64,000 nt of DNA from the human T2T-CHM13v2.0 reference genome, Homo sapiens, in assembly GCF_009914755.1 (NCBI RefSeq), contig NC_060933.1, one strand, 5' to 3'. The translations under genes were made by a program, and so were the position numbers. The notes beneath the pieces were generated by a model that was given only the letters and a program-made list of their open reading frames with translations, did not search any database and was not told where the DNA came from. Of the stretch, positions 29,290 to 49,578 are shown piece by piece (within the stretch, counting starts at the first letter, position 1; each line of letters opens with the position of its first letter).

Positions 29290-29407
29290 GATACTAGGCT
29301 TAATAGCTGGGTGATGAAATAATCTGTACAACAAACCCTCATGATATAAGTTTACCTGTGTAACAAACCTGCACATGTACCCCTGAAATTAAAATAAAAG
29401 TTAAAAA
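29290..29407 (+). mobile_element. Short L1PA (older subfamily) 3' end
   Basis: ctgggtgatgaaataatctgtacaacaaacc...aacaaacctgcacatgtacccctgaa.ttaaaataaaagtt. Confidence 0.85.
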
Positions 29408-29864
29408 GTGAAATAAAACTCCATATAAATAAAAATTAATGACACAGGAGGAAAAAAAGAGAACTTTAGATACTCTTAAGAAAATATGTATGAGTGTGTG
29501 TGTGTGTACGTGTGTACATATTTTAAACTAATTTTCTATTGAAATGAATCTTAACGTGCATTTATTATCCTGTTCTTTCAAAATACTGATTGCAAATAAA
29601 CATCTCTCCCCAACTGGACAAACCACCTTTATGATTATGACCTTACCAGAAAAACAAGGAAACCTGCTTCTTTGTGCACACTCTGAAATCTAAAGGTACA
29701 TTCAACTCCAGACTGGATGAAGTGTGGTGGAGTAGACGTGAAAGGAAAGCAAAGGAAAATGCCCTCCAAGCCTGAGGCAAAAGATGGTGTCTCCCAAAGC
29801 AATTCATTGTCAGCTCAACTCTTTTTTTGCAAGACTTGTATTTTATGTTTTAAAATACAAGGCA

Positions 29865-30155
29865 GAGAGGTTGATTAATGAGTACAGATATACAGTTAGA
29901 TAGAAGAAATAAGACCTAGTGTTTGATACATCACTAAGTTGACTATAGTTTAGAATAATTTATTGTATTTTTCAAAATAGCTAGAAGAGAATAATTCAAA
30001 CGTTTCTACCTTAAAGACAATACTTGAGGTGATGTACACCCCAACTACACCCCAACTACCCCAAAACTATAAAGATTCGATCTTTATAAATTATATAAAT
30101 GTATTATCACATATATCCCCAAAATATGTACAGCTATTATCAATTTTTAAAAAAA
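29865..30155 (+). mobile_element. L1MA-type 3' end
   Basis: acagttagatagaagaaataagacctagtgtttgat...tttcaaaatagctagaagagaa. Confidence 0.8.
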
Positions 30156-30201
30156 ATTTAATGCAAGGGAATTTAACATTATACTCACAGCACACTTGTG
30201 C

Positions 30202-30518
30202 TTTTTTTGTTTTTTGTTTTGTTTTTTTTGAGATACAGTCTTGCTCTGTCTGGAATGTCCAGGCTGGAATGCAGCAGCGTGATCTTGGCTCACTGCAACC
30301 CCTGCCTCCTGAGTTCAAGTGATTCTCATTTCTCAGCCTCCCAAGTAGGTGTGATTACAGGCACGTACCACCATGCCCAGCTAGTGGTTTTATTTTTAAG
30401 TAGAGACGGGGTTTTGCCATGTTGGCCAGGCTGTTCTCAAGCTCCTGGCCTCAAATGATCTGCTTGCCTTGGCCTCCCAAAGTGCTGAGATTACAGGCAT
30501 CGGCCACCGTGCCTGGCC
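30202..30518 (-). mobile_element. Alu (old S or J type)
   Basis: Reverse dimeric Alu; degenerate TSD cacagcacacttg/catagcacatttg. Confidence 0.92.
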
Positions 30519-31167
30519 CCATAGCACATTTGCTTTAATACAGAAATCATATTACTGTTCTCTTCTTACATGTTAGAATAAAATTATGCCATATTTATCC
30601 TGCTGCTTTGGGTCTCTCAGCAATGAAAAGGAGTGTGCAGGGGTGCCCCAGGAGTCTGAGCAATAAGGGAAACCTGGCTTGCTGCTGTGTATACTTCCTG
30701 ATCCAACCTGGACCCCATGAAACAGCTCCCACCTTGCTCAGTTTTGGATAAACGCTACCATTTATGGTTCCCCACGGTAACACAGGGCCGTCTTTTATCT
30801 TCTAATTCTAGGACATCTCCAGGAAGTGGGGGAAAAAAACGTGCCAACCAATCTATAGAAAACCTGCCCAGGTTTGGCTATTACCCAGGAAATCCTATAC
30901 TTATTGCTCAAAAACTTGCTTTCTGAGGAACAATTCCCTTTATTCAGGGCTCTATAGGAATCCAGCTGCTCCCTCTGAGGTGAAACCAACCACAGTGGTA
31001 TTCCAAAGCCCCACGTTCCACCAAACACTGATTCCGGCTACCTGCTGGGCATGACCAATGCATACTATGGAACCACCCTGGCTGAGGGAGGTTGTCTCAC
31101 AACAGGCTCCCCATACCCAGTGGGTTCTAAGATTTAAAAGGTAACATGCTCCCTGTCCTCATCATGG

Positions 31168-31492
31168 GACATTCTATATCTGTGCATATCCAATAAGAAG
31201 CCACTAACTGCATGTGGCCACTGGGCACTTGAAATATAGCTAGTAGGAACAGAGGTGTGCTGTATAATTACACCCCAGATTCAGAAGATTTTGCAAAAAT
31301 AATGTAAAATACCTCATTAACAAATTTTTATATTATGGGCTGAAATAGTATTTTAGATAAAAATGTATTACATAAAATATATTATTAATATTAACTTGTT
31401 TCATTTTACTTTTTTAATGTGGCTACTAAAATTTTTAAATTATGTATGCCATTCATATGTGTAGCTTACACTATATTTCTATTAGATAGTAC
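31168..31492. mobile_element. MER33-type hAT MITE
   Basis: gccactaactgcatgtggccactgggcacttgaaat ... ttttaatgtggctactaaaatttttaaatta ... atatttctattagatagtact. Confidence 0.75.
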
Positions 31493-31904
31493 TACTCTTG
31501 ATAAGCCATAAATACAGAAAAGCTCTGCCTTGTATGTACATCAATGAGGTTTTAGTATATTCCAGATATTCTACCATGATTAATCCTTCAACCACTTGGT
31601 TCTACATTAGAGATTCCAGCCTTGGGTCTTCAAGGCCTTCCATCACCAAGAATCCTCTCTTGAGAAACAACCCTAGGGAGACTGACACCTTAATCCAATT
31701 TTGGTATCAAACCCACTTAATAATTAAGGGAGCTTAGCAAGCTCATATGAGAGTCAGATCTTGTTTAACCTGTGACAGAGTACAGTACAGGAAGGAGGAA
31801 GAGGAAGTGGCCAGAAAGGATCAGTCAGAGTGATTGAGGTGAGAGGGTATCAAAAAATCAACTTTCCCTGGTAGTCAGGTGATCCCAGTAGACAGAACCT
31901 CCAT

Positions 31905-31958
31905 ATACATGTTTACACATGCACACATACACGCGCACACACACACACACATACGCAT
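31905..31958. repeat. (CA)n microsatellite
   Basis: Seen directly. Confidence 0.85.
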
Positions 31959-32139
31959 AGAGTACTAACACAGGTATACACATTTAGTACTAACACCAGG
32001 GTAATCTTGAAAACTGCCAATGAGAAATGGTTCTAAGCATTTTAATTTCGCATTCTCTCTACTTAGTAGATTTAGAATAAAGAATATATGAAAAGATGGT
32101 TATTTTGCTGGTTATTTTGCTTTGGGATAATATAGCCTA

Positions 32140-32330
32140 GACCTTGGAAGAAAGATTTAATAGCCATTTTCAAATATGTGAAGGGTTATTACAGAGTGTC
32201 AGAACATCATTGTGGATCACTAAGGAAAATCAAAATGCCTCCCTGGCAGTTTTCTTAAAATAGTGTAGCCTCTCATCTGCCTGGAATGGATTAGGTGTAA
32301 TCCACGTTGAAGGTGGGAGGCTAAACAGCT
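32140..32330 (+). mobile_element. L3/CR1-type fragment
   Basis: atagccattttcaaatatgtgaagggt ... tctgcctggaatggattaggtgtaatcc; CR1-like 3' motifs. Confidence 0.5.
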
Positions 32331-33111
32331 GTCGAGTTTGTAACTACCACAATGATTTACATTAGGAAGTAAATCAAAATCCCCACCTAACCCACCTGGT
32401 ACAGGAAGATTTCCTTCATGAGGTGGAGCTTAGAAGAGGATGTGGAATAGAGCAGGGTCTACATGACTATTCCACTTTTTTGTATTACAACAAAATGAAC
32501 TTCTTTCCCTTGCTGAGAACATCTGGCCATTCCCTGCCTTCTCCTTACTCTCGCCTCAACCCCCATGCACATACGTGCATACAAACACTTAAAATTTCCT
32601 TTCTGAATTCCACTCATCTTTCCAGCCCTAACTAACATTCCAAGCCTTCCATAAATCCTTCAGGGCCACCTCAGCTCATCCGTACTCTGTACCTCTTTAG
32701 TGTTACATGCACCTGTAGATTAAATTGCAGCTACATCTCTCAATCAACTCACCAGAATAGCTCATGTCCTTCATTGCCTGTGTGAAACGTACATGGCACA
32801 GTAAATACACTTGGCTAGGAAGTTACTTTCTAATATGTCAGTGTACTTCAGCTCCTAACAATTGACTTGGATACTTACCAAGAGTCATTGTGTTTGTTCC
32901 CAAACCTGTTAATGTCAGACATGCTTATGACAGGCGTATGCTGTTAGTATTTACATAATTTAATTAAATATTACATAAAATGAGTACAAAAAGAAAGCAG
33001 GTTGTTTATTCTGAAAACTACATTGGAAAGAGTTTTTTTAAGGTGAACTGCTTTTTTAAAACTGCTGCTGAATCAGATGTGAGGTAGATATCTGTTAAAG
33101 ATCTCAAGGAA

Positions 33112-33412
<301 letters not shown>

Positions 33413-33879
33413 ACAAGGAATTTTTAAATCTAAAATGATTCTACACTCAAGAGTGGTTTACAAATATTTTTAAGTTCTCATTCTACGTTAAAGAATACTT
33501 TTAAATTATAGAAGAGTTATCCAAGAAAAAATGATTGATGTAGACCCCAAGAAGATCCTTAATCAAATAAAAGATCTTGGTTCTACATCAAAAGACTGGT
33601 AAATAAATACACATCTAGATGCTCTAAGTTGCTGTAACGTGTCTAGGTATGTATGTATCACAGATTTATGACGTCCCACTTGAACCATGTTTTCTTAATG
33701 ATCTGAGCAACAATCAGTCCAGATCATGTTGGTTTAGAGGGATTCTATTGTTTTTGTAGGTATGTGGCCTCAAACCCACAATGATTATTATTATGTCTTT
33801 CAGAGAAGAGACTGTTGTGGTCCACAGCCCTCAGCATTCCACACGGGATCAAGTGTTTTACAAAAGGTAAAAGTCACAG

Positions 33880-34085
33880 TTGCCTAGGAATCGGAAGACC
33901 CAAATTCGGGTGCGAACTCATCACTTTGCCAAATTTCAATTATAAGCAATTTTCAGGTTCTACATGTTATAAAACAGGAACCATAACACTAGACCTACTT
34001 ACTTCATGGTGTATGTACAGGAAACAACGTAGACAATATTAGAAAGGCAATTTGAAAAATGCGAAGAGCTATATAAATGTAAGGA
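33880..34085 (+). mobile_element. MIR (degenerate)
   Basis: taggaatcggaagaccc ... gaaaggcaatttgaaaaatgcgaagagctatataaatgtaagg. Confidence 0.5.
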
Positions 34086-34211
34086 TGTGCAGTGGATGCT
34101 AAATACGTTTTTCTTAAATGAGTGAGTAAAGAACAATGGAAACAAACAAGCAACTCCCTTAGACTCCAATGGCACGGAGAAAGGATTGTTTTGAAAACTG
34201 ATATAATTTTC

Positions 34212-34342
34212 AATGTTTGAGGTGATGGATACGCTAATTATCCTGATTTGATCATTACACATTATATACAGGTATATAAATACCACTATATCCCATAAAT
34301 ATGTAGTTACTATGTGTCAATTAAAAACAATAATAATAATAA
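34212..34342 (+). mobile_element. L1MA 3' end
   Basis: aatgtttgaggtgatggatacgctaattatcctgatttgatcattacacatt. Confidence 0.85.
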
Positions 34343-34631
34343 AGTGCCCTGTATTGATGCAAGGTTGGCCTGAACACAGAATTTCAACTGACTAGCAAAG
34401 TAGGTAAATCTCACAAGTTTTGTTGGTCTTTCATATCTTCTATTATTTCCTCCGGTATTTATTTTTATTTTTTCAGACTGTCTTAGCAAACTACATAAAA
34501 TCAGAGAAAAGTAATTCTCGGCTGTGTTTCTACCTCCTCTATCTGCCAGAAAAGGAAACATCCATTGTGAGTAGGACCCATTTCATTCATGAGGCTAAGA
34601 AGCAATAAACCCTCTTAAAATACCTATTTCA

Positions 34632-34796
34632 GGCCAGGCACGGTGGCTCATGCCTGTAATCCCAGCACTTTGGGAGGCTGAGGCAAGTAGTTCAAGGCCA
34701 GCCTGGACAGCATGATGAAACCCTGTCTCTACCACAAATACAAAAATTATCCAGTCTCATAACCCAGTCTCAAAAGAAACAAATTAAACACAATTT
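34632..34796 (+). mobile_element. Alu left-monomer derivative, probably ASR (Alu/snaR-related) retrocopy
   Basis: Left arm lacking ~18 nt before the B box, a non-Alu 3' end ccagtctcataacccagtctc, an A-rich tail and TSD aaatacctatttca/aaataactatttca. Confidence 0.65.
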
Positions 34797-36329
34797 TAAA
34801 TAACTATTTCATTTAAATGGTTAGTGATGCTTTTGCTGATCAGCAATGAAGAGCCTTTGCATACACAAATCAACTTATATGAAGTTAGTCACTGCCCAGA
34901 GGAAGAAACAGGCCACTGATATTCCCAAGAATGTAGACAGGAAGTAGACTTCTCAGGATCTTGTTTAAGGTAAGATATTTTCACAACTCAAGAGGTATGG
35001 TCTTATACGGCTACCATTTCCATGCATTTTCCCTAAGTGACATCTGCAGTTGTTTCAGGATGTCTAATGTCTCCCTTAAAACATATGCCGTGAGTAATCG
35101 CTTGAGAAGCCATAGCCCATTACTGCAGCAAAGCATTTTCCAAACTGAGACTGGAGTTCAGTATCCCCACTAACTGCTACTGACTCAAGGCAGCTACCTG
35201 ATATGAAATGGTGCTAAAGTTATATGTAAGAGCTGGTCTCATCCTTTACCTCCTATCATTTCCTAAAACAAAACTGCATGTGGCCTGTTGTAGCAGCTAT
35301 TTGGAGTTCTTAAACGGGTTTTTCAAGTTCTGTTCTTTTGGACCCCTGACATAAAACTTTAAATTGTGTTTCATTGGTTTTTATGAATATTATTTAATGA
35401 ATATTGTCCAATGAGATAATCTCTTATTTTCTCCAGGCTTTTTCACATTGTTTACCCAAACATTGGCAATAAAGAAGATCAAGCCAGCTCACAGCTAGTT
35501 TGATTTAAGCATAATACATTTGTGAAAAGTGGTTGAATTGTCTGTTCCACATTTTTTCACTAGAACAACTGAGTTTTTAAACCACTCTGGGTTTTAAAAT
35601 CCATGGATGGCTTTTGTCAGCCCTCCTTGCCTTGGTCTTCCTGAGTTCGGTGCACACCAAAAGCGCGATAAAAGCAGACTCCCTCTGCCATTCGTAAGTA
35701 TCTCAACTCTCCACAAAGTTTACATTTCACAACTACTTGAATTCTCTTAATAGCTGTTTTCCCTATGCTAACAGACTCATCAAGCAGTTGTTTTAAGGGG
35801 ATATAGCCTTAAAGCTGAAAGTACGGTTGTTTTAAAACAAAAGTAAAGGTGAACTCAAATAAAGGATAATAATCTCATGGTAAAAAGAAGTACAGAAATA
35901 AAAAAATTTCTTATTTACATGGTTAAAATTATAAACAGAAGCATAATATAAAGTATGCAAAAATAATTATAAGAATAGATCTATAAATACACCCTCTCAT
36001 GCACCCTGTCTCATCAAATCAAATTTGCGCATATGTTCTGGGGGTTAACAGACTGTCTCTAAAGCCCATCCACAGATTCCCTAGGAATGTTCATTCCTGT
36101 ACCAGAAATGTCCTATTAAAATCAGGGACAAGAATGCTTACTATCACCATTACAATTTACCATTTGGGGAAAGATACAGACAATTCAGTAAGATAAAAAA
36201 ACAAATATTTAAATATTAAAAGAAGTAACAGAGCTATTATTACTTGTAGATTATGATAGTATACTGAGAAAATCCCAAGATTATAAACCGAAAAACTAAA
36301 TTAAGAGAAGTTTTCTCATAATTATTTTA

Positions 36330-36629
36330 CTTTTATGTAGTACAATGTGATGTTTTGATATATGTCTATAATTTGCAGTGATTAAATAAAGCTAATTAGC
36401 ATATCCATCACTTCACTTCATTGATACTTTTGTGGTGATACATTTGAAATTACTCTCAGTTATTTTGAAATATACAACATATTATTGATTACAGTCATCC
36501 TGCTGTGCAGTAGATCTCAACTACTCTTGTGTAGCTGAAACTCTGTACCCTTGGACCAGTAATTCCCCATCCCTTCACTCCTCTCCTACCCACTGTCTCT
36601 GAGAACCATTATTCTTCTATGAATTCAAC
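36330..36629 (-). mobile_element. L1MA 3' end fragment
   Basis: gtacaatgtgatgttttgatatatg..agctaattagcatatccatcac..ctgaaactctgtaccctt..ttctatgaattcaactttttt. Confidence 0.8.
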
Positions 36630-36841
36630 TTTTTTCTTATTATACTTTAAGTTCTGGGATGCATGTGCAGAACGTCCAGGCTTGTTACATAGGTATGCAC
36701 GTGACATAATGGTTTGCTGCACCCGTCAACCTGTCATCTACATTACTTATTTCTCCTAATGTTATCCTTCCCCCAGCCCCCATCCCCCAACAGGCTCCAG
36801 TGTGTGATATTCCCCTCCATGTTTCCCTGTGTTCTCATTGT

Positions 36842-40184
<3,343 letters not shown>

Positions 40185-40245
40185 TATGATGCTAGCTGGT
40201 TATTTTGCCCATTAGTTGATGCAGTTTCTTCAGTGTCGATGGTCT

Positions 40246-41273
40246 TTACAATTTGGTATGTTTTTGCAGTGGCTGGTACCAGTTTTTCCTTTCCATGTTT
40301 AGTGCTTCCTTCAGGAGCTTTTGTAAGGCAGGCCTGGTAGTGACAAAATCTCTAAGCATTTGCTTGTCTGTAAAGGATTTTATTTCTCCTTCACTTAAGA
40401 GGCTTAGTTTGGCTGGATATGAAATTCTGGGTTGAAAATTCTTTCCTTTAAGAATGTTTAATATTGGCCCCCACTCTCTTCTGGCTTGTAGGGTTTGTGC
40501 CGAGAGATCTGCTGTTAGTCTGATGGGCTTCCCTTTGTGGGTAACCGGACCTTTCTCTCTGGCTGCCCTGAACATTTTTTCCTTCATTTCAACCTTGGTG
40601 AATCTGATAATTATGTGTCTTGGGGTTGCTCTTCTCAAGGAGTATCTTTGTGGTGTTCTCTGTATTTCCAGAATTTGAATGTTGGCCTGTCTTGCTAGGT
40701 TGGGGAACTTCTCCTGGATAATATCCTGAGGAGTGTTTTAAAGCTTGGTTCCATTCTCCCCGTCACTTTCAGGTACACCAATCAAATGTAGGTTTGGTCT
40801 TTTTACATAGTCCCATATTTCTTGGAGGCTTTGTTCATTCCTTTTCATTCTTTTTTTCTGTAAATTTGTCTTCATGCTTTATTTCATTAAGTTGATCTTT
40901 AATCTCTGACATCCTTTCTTCCGCTTGATCAATTCAGCCACTGATACGTGGCTATGCTTCATGAAGTCCTTGTGCTGTTTTTCAGTTCCATCAGGTCATT
41001 TATGTTCTCTTTAAACTTATTATTCTAGTAAGCAATTCCTCTAACCTTTTTTCAAGGTTCTTAAATTCCTTGCATTGGGTTAGAACTGCCCTTTTAGCTT
41101 CCTCCAGAGGAGTTTGTTATTAGCCACCTTCTGAAGCCTACTTCTGTTAATTCATCAAACTCATTCTCCATCCAGTTTTGTTCCCTTGCTGGTGAGGAGT
41201 TGTGATCCTTTGGAGGAGAAGAGGTGTTCTGGGTTTTGGAATTTTCAGCCTTTTTGTGCTGGATTTCCCTCAT
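40246..41273 (-). pseudogene. L1 ORF1, fragmented
   Basis: ATG at 41273; C-terminal piece RATPRHIIIRFTKVEMKEK..ARREWG..YPAKLS is open only over 40246-40638. Confidence 0.93.
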
Positions 41274-41975
41274 CTTCGTGGATTTATCTGTCTTTGGTCT
41301 TTGATGTTGGTGACCTTTGCATGGGGTTTTTGTGTGGACGTCCTTTTTGCTGATGTTGATGCTATTCCTTTCTGTTTGTTAGTTTTCCTTCTAACAGTCA
41401 GGCCCCTCTGCTGCAGGTCTGCTGGAGTTTGCTGGAGCTCCACTCCAGACCCTGTTTGCCTGGGTATCACCAGTGGAGGCTGCAGAACAGCAAAAATTGC
41501 TGCCTGATCCTTCCTCTGGAAGCTTCATTCCAGGGGGGCACCTGCCAGATGCCAGCTGAAGCTCTCCTGTATGAAGTCTCTGTCAACCCCTGATGGGAGG
41601 TGTCTCACGATTAGGAGGCACAGGGGTCAGGGACCCACTGGAGGAGGCAGTCTGTCCCTTAGCAGAGCTCAAGCGCTGTGCTGGGAGATCCGCTGCTCTC
41701 TTCAGAGCCGGCAGGCAGGAACGTTTAAGTCTGCTGAAGCTGGGCCCACAGCCGCCCCTTTCCCCAGGTGCTCTGTCCCAGGGAGATGGGAGTTTTATCT
41801 ACAAGCCCCTGACTGGGGCTGCTGCCTTTCTTTAGAGATACCCAGAGAGGGGGAATCTAGAGAGGCAGTCTAGCTACAGTGGCTTTGCCAAGGTGCAGTG
41901 GGCTCTGCCCAGTTTGAAATTCCCCGTGGCTTTGTTTACACTATGAGGGGAAAACCACCTACTCAAGCTTCAGTA

Positions 41976-42194
41976 ATGGTGGATGACGCTCCCCCGACCA
42001 AGCTCGAGCATCCCAGGTTGACTTCAGACTGCTGTGCTGACAGTGACAATTTGAAGCCAGTGGATCTTGGCTTGCTGGGCTCTGTGCGGGTGGGATCCGC
42101 TGAGCTAGACCACTTGTCTCCCTGGCTTCAGCCCCCTTTCCAGGTGAGTGAACGATTCTGTCTCGCTAGCGTTCCATGTGCCACTGAGGTATGA
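41976..42194 (+). other. L1 ORF0-like antisense ORF (72 aa) in the L1 5' UTR
   Basis: gtaATGG Kozak context; MVDDAPPTKLEHPRLTSDCCA..SVRVGSAE resembles ORF0 (MAGAPPPASLPPCSLISDCCA..SVGVGPSE). Expression unknown. Confidence 0.55.
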
Positions 42195-43042
42195 AAAAAA
42201 CTCCTGCAGCTAGCTGGGTGTCAGCCCAAACGGCCGCCCAGTTTTGTGCTTGAAACCCACGGCCCTGGTGGTGTAGGCATCCAAGGGAACATCCCGGTCT
42301 GCAGGTTGTGAAGACCATGGGAAAAGCGCAGTATCTGGGCTGGAATGCACCATTCCTCACAGCACAGTCCCTCATGGCTTCCCCTGGCTAGGGGAGGGAG
42401 TTCCCTGACCCCTTGCACTTCCCGGGTAAGGTGACGCCCCACCCTGCTTCAACTCTCCCTCCATGGGCTGCACTCACTGTCTAACCAGTCCCAATGACAT
42501 GAGCCAGGTACCTCAGTTGGAAATGCAAAAATCACCTGCCTTCTGCCTCATTGGGAGCTGCAGACCTGAGTTGTTCCTATTTGGCCATCTTGCCAGCCAC
42601 CTCGAGGAAGAGAATTTAATGATGACTGGTTAACCAGACAGATTTCCTAAAACTGGTTGTTCATTTCAACAAACATTTATTTAATATTTACTGCATGTCA
42701 CATAACAGGCTAGGCATAAAGTGTACAAACATAAATAAGATTAAAGCCCTGTTTAATAACCTCTATTAGTAAAACCAATCAGAAGATACGTGAGAATAAA
42801 GAGTCCATTCATGATATCAACAACATCAAAAACAATGCAAAGCAACTTTACCAAGAAACGTGTTGGATCTGTCTGAAGAAAATTACAAATCATCTTGAGA
42901 AATACAGAATTTTTTAAAAGACTGAATAGAGACATATACTATACTACTGGTGGAGAAGACTAGCCATTATAAAGCAATTCCAATGAAAGTCCTGACAGTA
43001 AATACTGCCTTTATGGAAACAGACAAAATGTGCCAAAGTTTA

Positions 43043-44588
<1,546 letters not shown>

Positions 44589-45319
44589 AGGATAACAAAC
44601 TTGCCCAAGCCCTTATTTAAAAGAGTCATAAAGGTAAAATAACAATGGTATTGGCTGAAGATACAGAAAAGACACTGGAACAGATGAGCGACCCCAGGTA
44701 AAGCACCTCTATTAAAAAGAGCATCACAGTTCAATGAGAATAAGAGAGGCAATATTTAATTCTAATTTGGGGGAACACTGTGCAAAAAAAGAGTCCTTTT
44801 AGATCTTTGTATCATACCATTCAGCAAATTAAATTAGTGATGGTTTTACATTAAGTATGAAAGGTTAATGTTTTAATATTAAGTATGAAATGTTAATTTG
44901 CATAAGCTAAGAAAATACCTGGACAACTTTAGTAACAATCAATGAAATCCAATTTAAAATAATAAAGACATCTAATTTTTCACCTCTTAAATTGTGAAAG
45001 ATTAAAAATTATGATGTTGAATGCCGGTAAAATTGAAGTTTGGTGAGCATCCTAAAGGACACTTTGGAAATAGAAACTGGTATGATCTTTCTGAATGGTA
45101 AGTTGGCAACATATATTAAACATCAGGCCTATTGATCCAGTAATTCTACTCCTAGATCATCATCAGAGAGGTAGTAAAAGGTCTACGTAACACAATTCAC
45201 ATTAAAATTCACTTTATTGTAGACAAAAGTAGAAAGAGCCTAAGGGCTGTTTATCAATAGGAGAATGAGTAATTACACAGTAGAATATGACTTTTTAAAA
45301 ATTACACATTCACAAAAGA

Positions 45320-46500
<1,181 letters not shown>

Positions 46501-48708
46501 CATTTATATCTAATTTGAAGATTTTTAATTAAATTTCTACCAAGCTAATATTATATAAAAAACACACAATTCAAAACAATACTGTAGGCATAATGAACTT
46601 CATTTGCTAATGTATGCCTATGTACACACAACACAAAACTAGAACAGCAGTAGGGCTAGGGTTAATTTTATTTTATTCTTTCTATTTTCAGTACTTTCCT
46701 AATTCTACAATGAAAAAAAATACGTCTTTTTTGTTTTCAGAGGGAGGAAAACAACATTATTTAAATAAAGAGGTACTAGAGACAATATCAGAATTCAAAA
46801 AAGGACTTAAAATCATACATAAAAGATCCATAAAGAATAGTGAAATCTGAATAAAGTCTACAGTTTTAGTTTACAGTAACATATATATACCAATGCTGGT
46901 TTCTTAATTTTGATAAATGTAATATAAGGTAATTTAGGTCATATTGGTGAGTAAGACGGTATTGGGAAATACCTTAAAGTTCAGTTACCTTAGTCAGAGA
47001 ACTGGCCTGCTAGGAAGTGTTGGGAATTTGTCTTTGGGGCTTTGTCTTCCTATTATCTTTGCAACTTTGCTGTAAATCTAAAATTATCCTAAAAGAAAAA
47101 GTTACTTTAACAAAACAAGATTCATAATGGGTAAAGAATTCACATATCTGGAAGATGGCCTTTGCTTTTGAGGACATCATCACCAAGGGGAACCATGTTC
47201 ACTTGTAAATCACCCCTTAGAAACCTCAGAAACATCAGTTAGTTTTGAGTGGCAGAACTGGGGGTGATCTTATGTTCTCATTTATTGATTTGTTTTATTA
47301 ATTGCTAGCTACATGGGTCAATGTAAATATATTTAATACTTTGAAGCTACCTGGAAACAAAATACTGCACTACCCCAGCAGGACATTACTTGCATTCTTT
47401 TCTTTCTTTTCTCATTTATCCAAGCAACCTTCCACATTCCTAACATGTGGCAATAATTCAACCTCTGTACTTTTCCAATCGTATTTATAAACACAGTTTT
47501 TCAGACTTTACTATCACAAAGCCCCAGAAATAACCTAGCAAACCATTTTACTCCAGAAACGCCAATGGACCCTTGTGGGTTTGCCATCTCCTGCCTGCTG
47601 CTGCCTCCCTGCATAACTCCTCCCCAAACATTCCAGATACTTCTCTAATTAATGAAGACCTCACCACTTGGATCTTATCTCTTTGTTGCAAGATGAACAT
47701 TTTTAGTATTCTGCAAGACTCAGAAACCTAGAAACTGGTAATATGGAGAAACTTCAGATTTCATGAGATCCAAAGGTCAGGGTCTCCAGTTGCTCATTTC
47801 TTTTATTTATTTATTTATTTATTTATATTTTCTAAGAGGAGTTAATTGATTGCAGAACCAAGAGCCCCCAGTCCACTACTAGCAGTCAGATCCCTTCCAC
47901 CTTCCCCTTTACATATGGGGGATTGAAAACAGATCCTCCCCATGAAAAACACTGGAGAGTGCTCATCTAATTCAAACTCCTCATTTCATAGGGAAGAAAA
48001 TACAAGAAAGTTAGGGGTGGGGGAACTAAGATGGGAGGAGTTTAAGTTGACTATATTCTTATTTTATTTACCAAGCTGTTGACAACTCACTAACTCCCCC
48101 CACCGCCCACCCCATAATCCTATCCCTTCGTCCTCAGGGCAAACTGAGACCAAAGTTAAATGGGTGTGCTTTCAGTTTTTGCTTGCAATGGTGTTATGCA
48201 AGAGTAACCCAAATAACACAAGATAATGCTTAACCTAGCGAAGGAGGCAGGACCTGTTCAAACTTGCTCTATTCACAGATGGGGTGGGGTGGGCAGCACC
48301 CTCTTGTCACTGTGACATGTGAGCTAAGAAAATGTATCCCAATTGCTGGCTTTTGAGCCTTTCTGGAATTAGATGCCATTTTGTAAAAAAAAGTAAATCT
48401 CCTTCTTTGCCATGTGAACTAAGGTGTAAAACGGAGAAAATGTGTTTTCAGGATTTAAAGGACCTACTTATGCTCTTAACTGCTGAGTTATTTTCACCAG
48501 CAGACTTTGTCTTTGTGTAAGCCCTAGACTTCCAAGAAGTGGGGAAATTTAAGCAAGGGAGATGGAAACACAGAGGGAGAAAGGAAAGAGAATTAGGTGG
48601 TTCTATAGAAGGAACGATAGTGACCTCTGATCTACACACTTCAGGCCAAATCCCCATACCCTTCAGCTGACCAGGTGTCTGATTAAGGTTCTTAAAAGAC
48701 TGACATTG

Positions 48709-49578
<870 letters not shown>

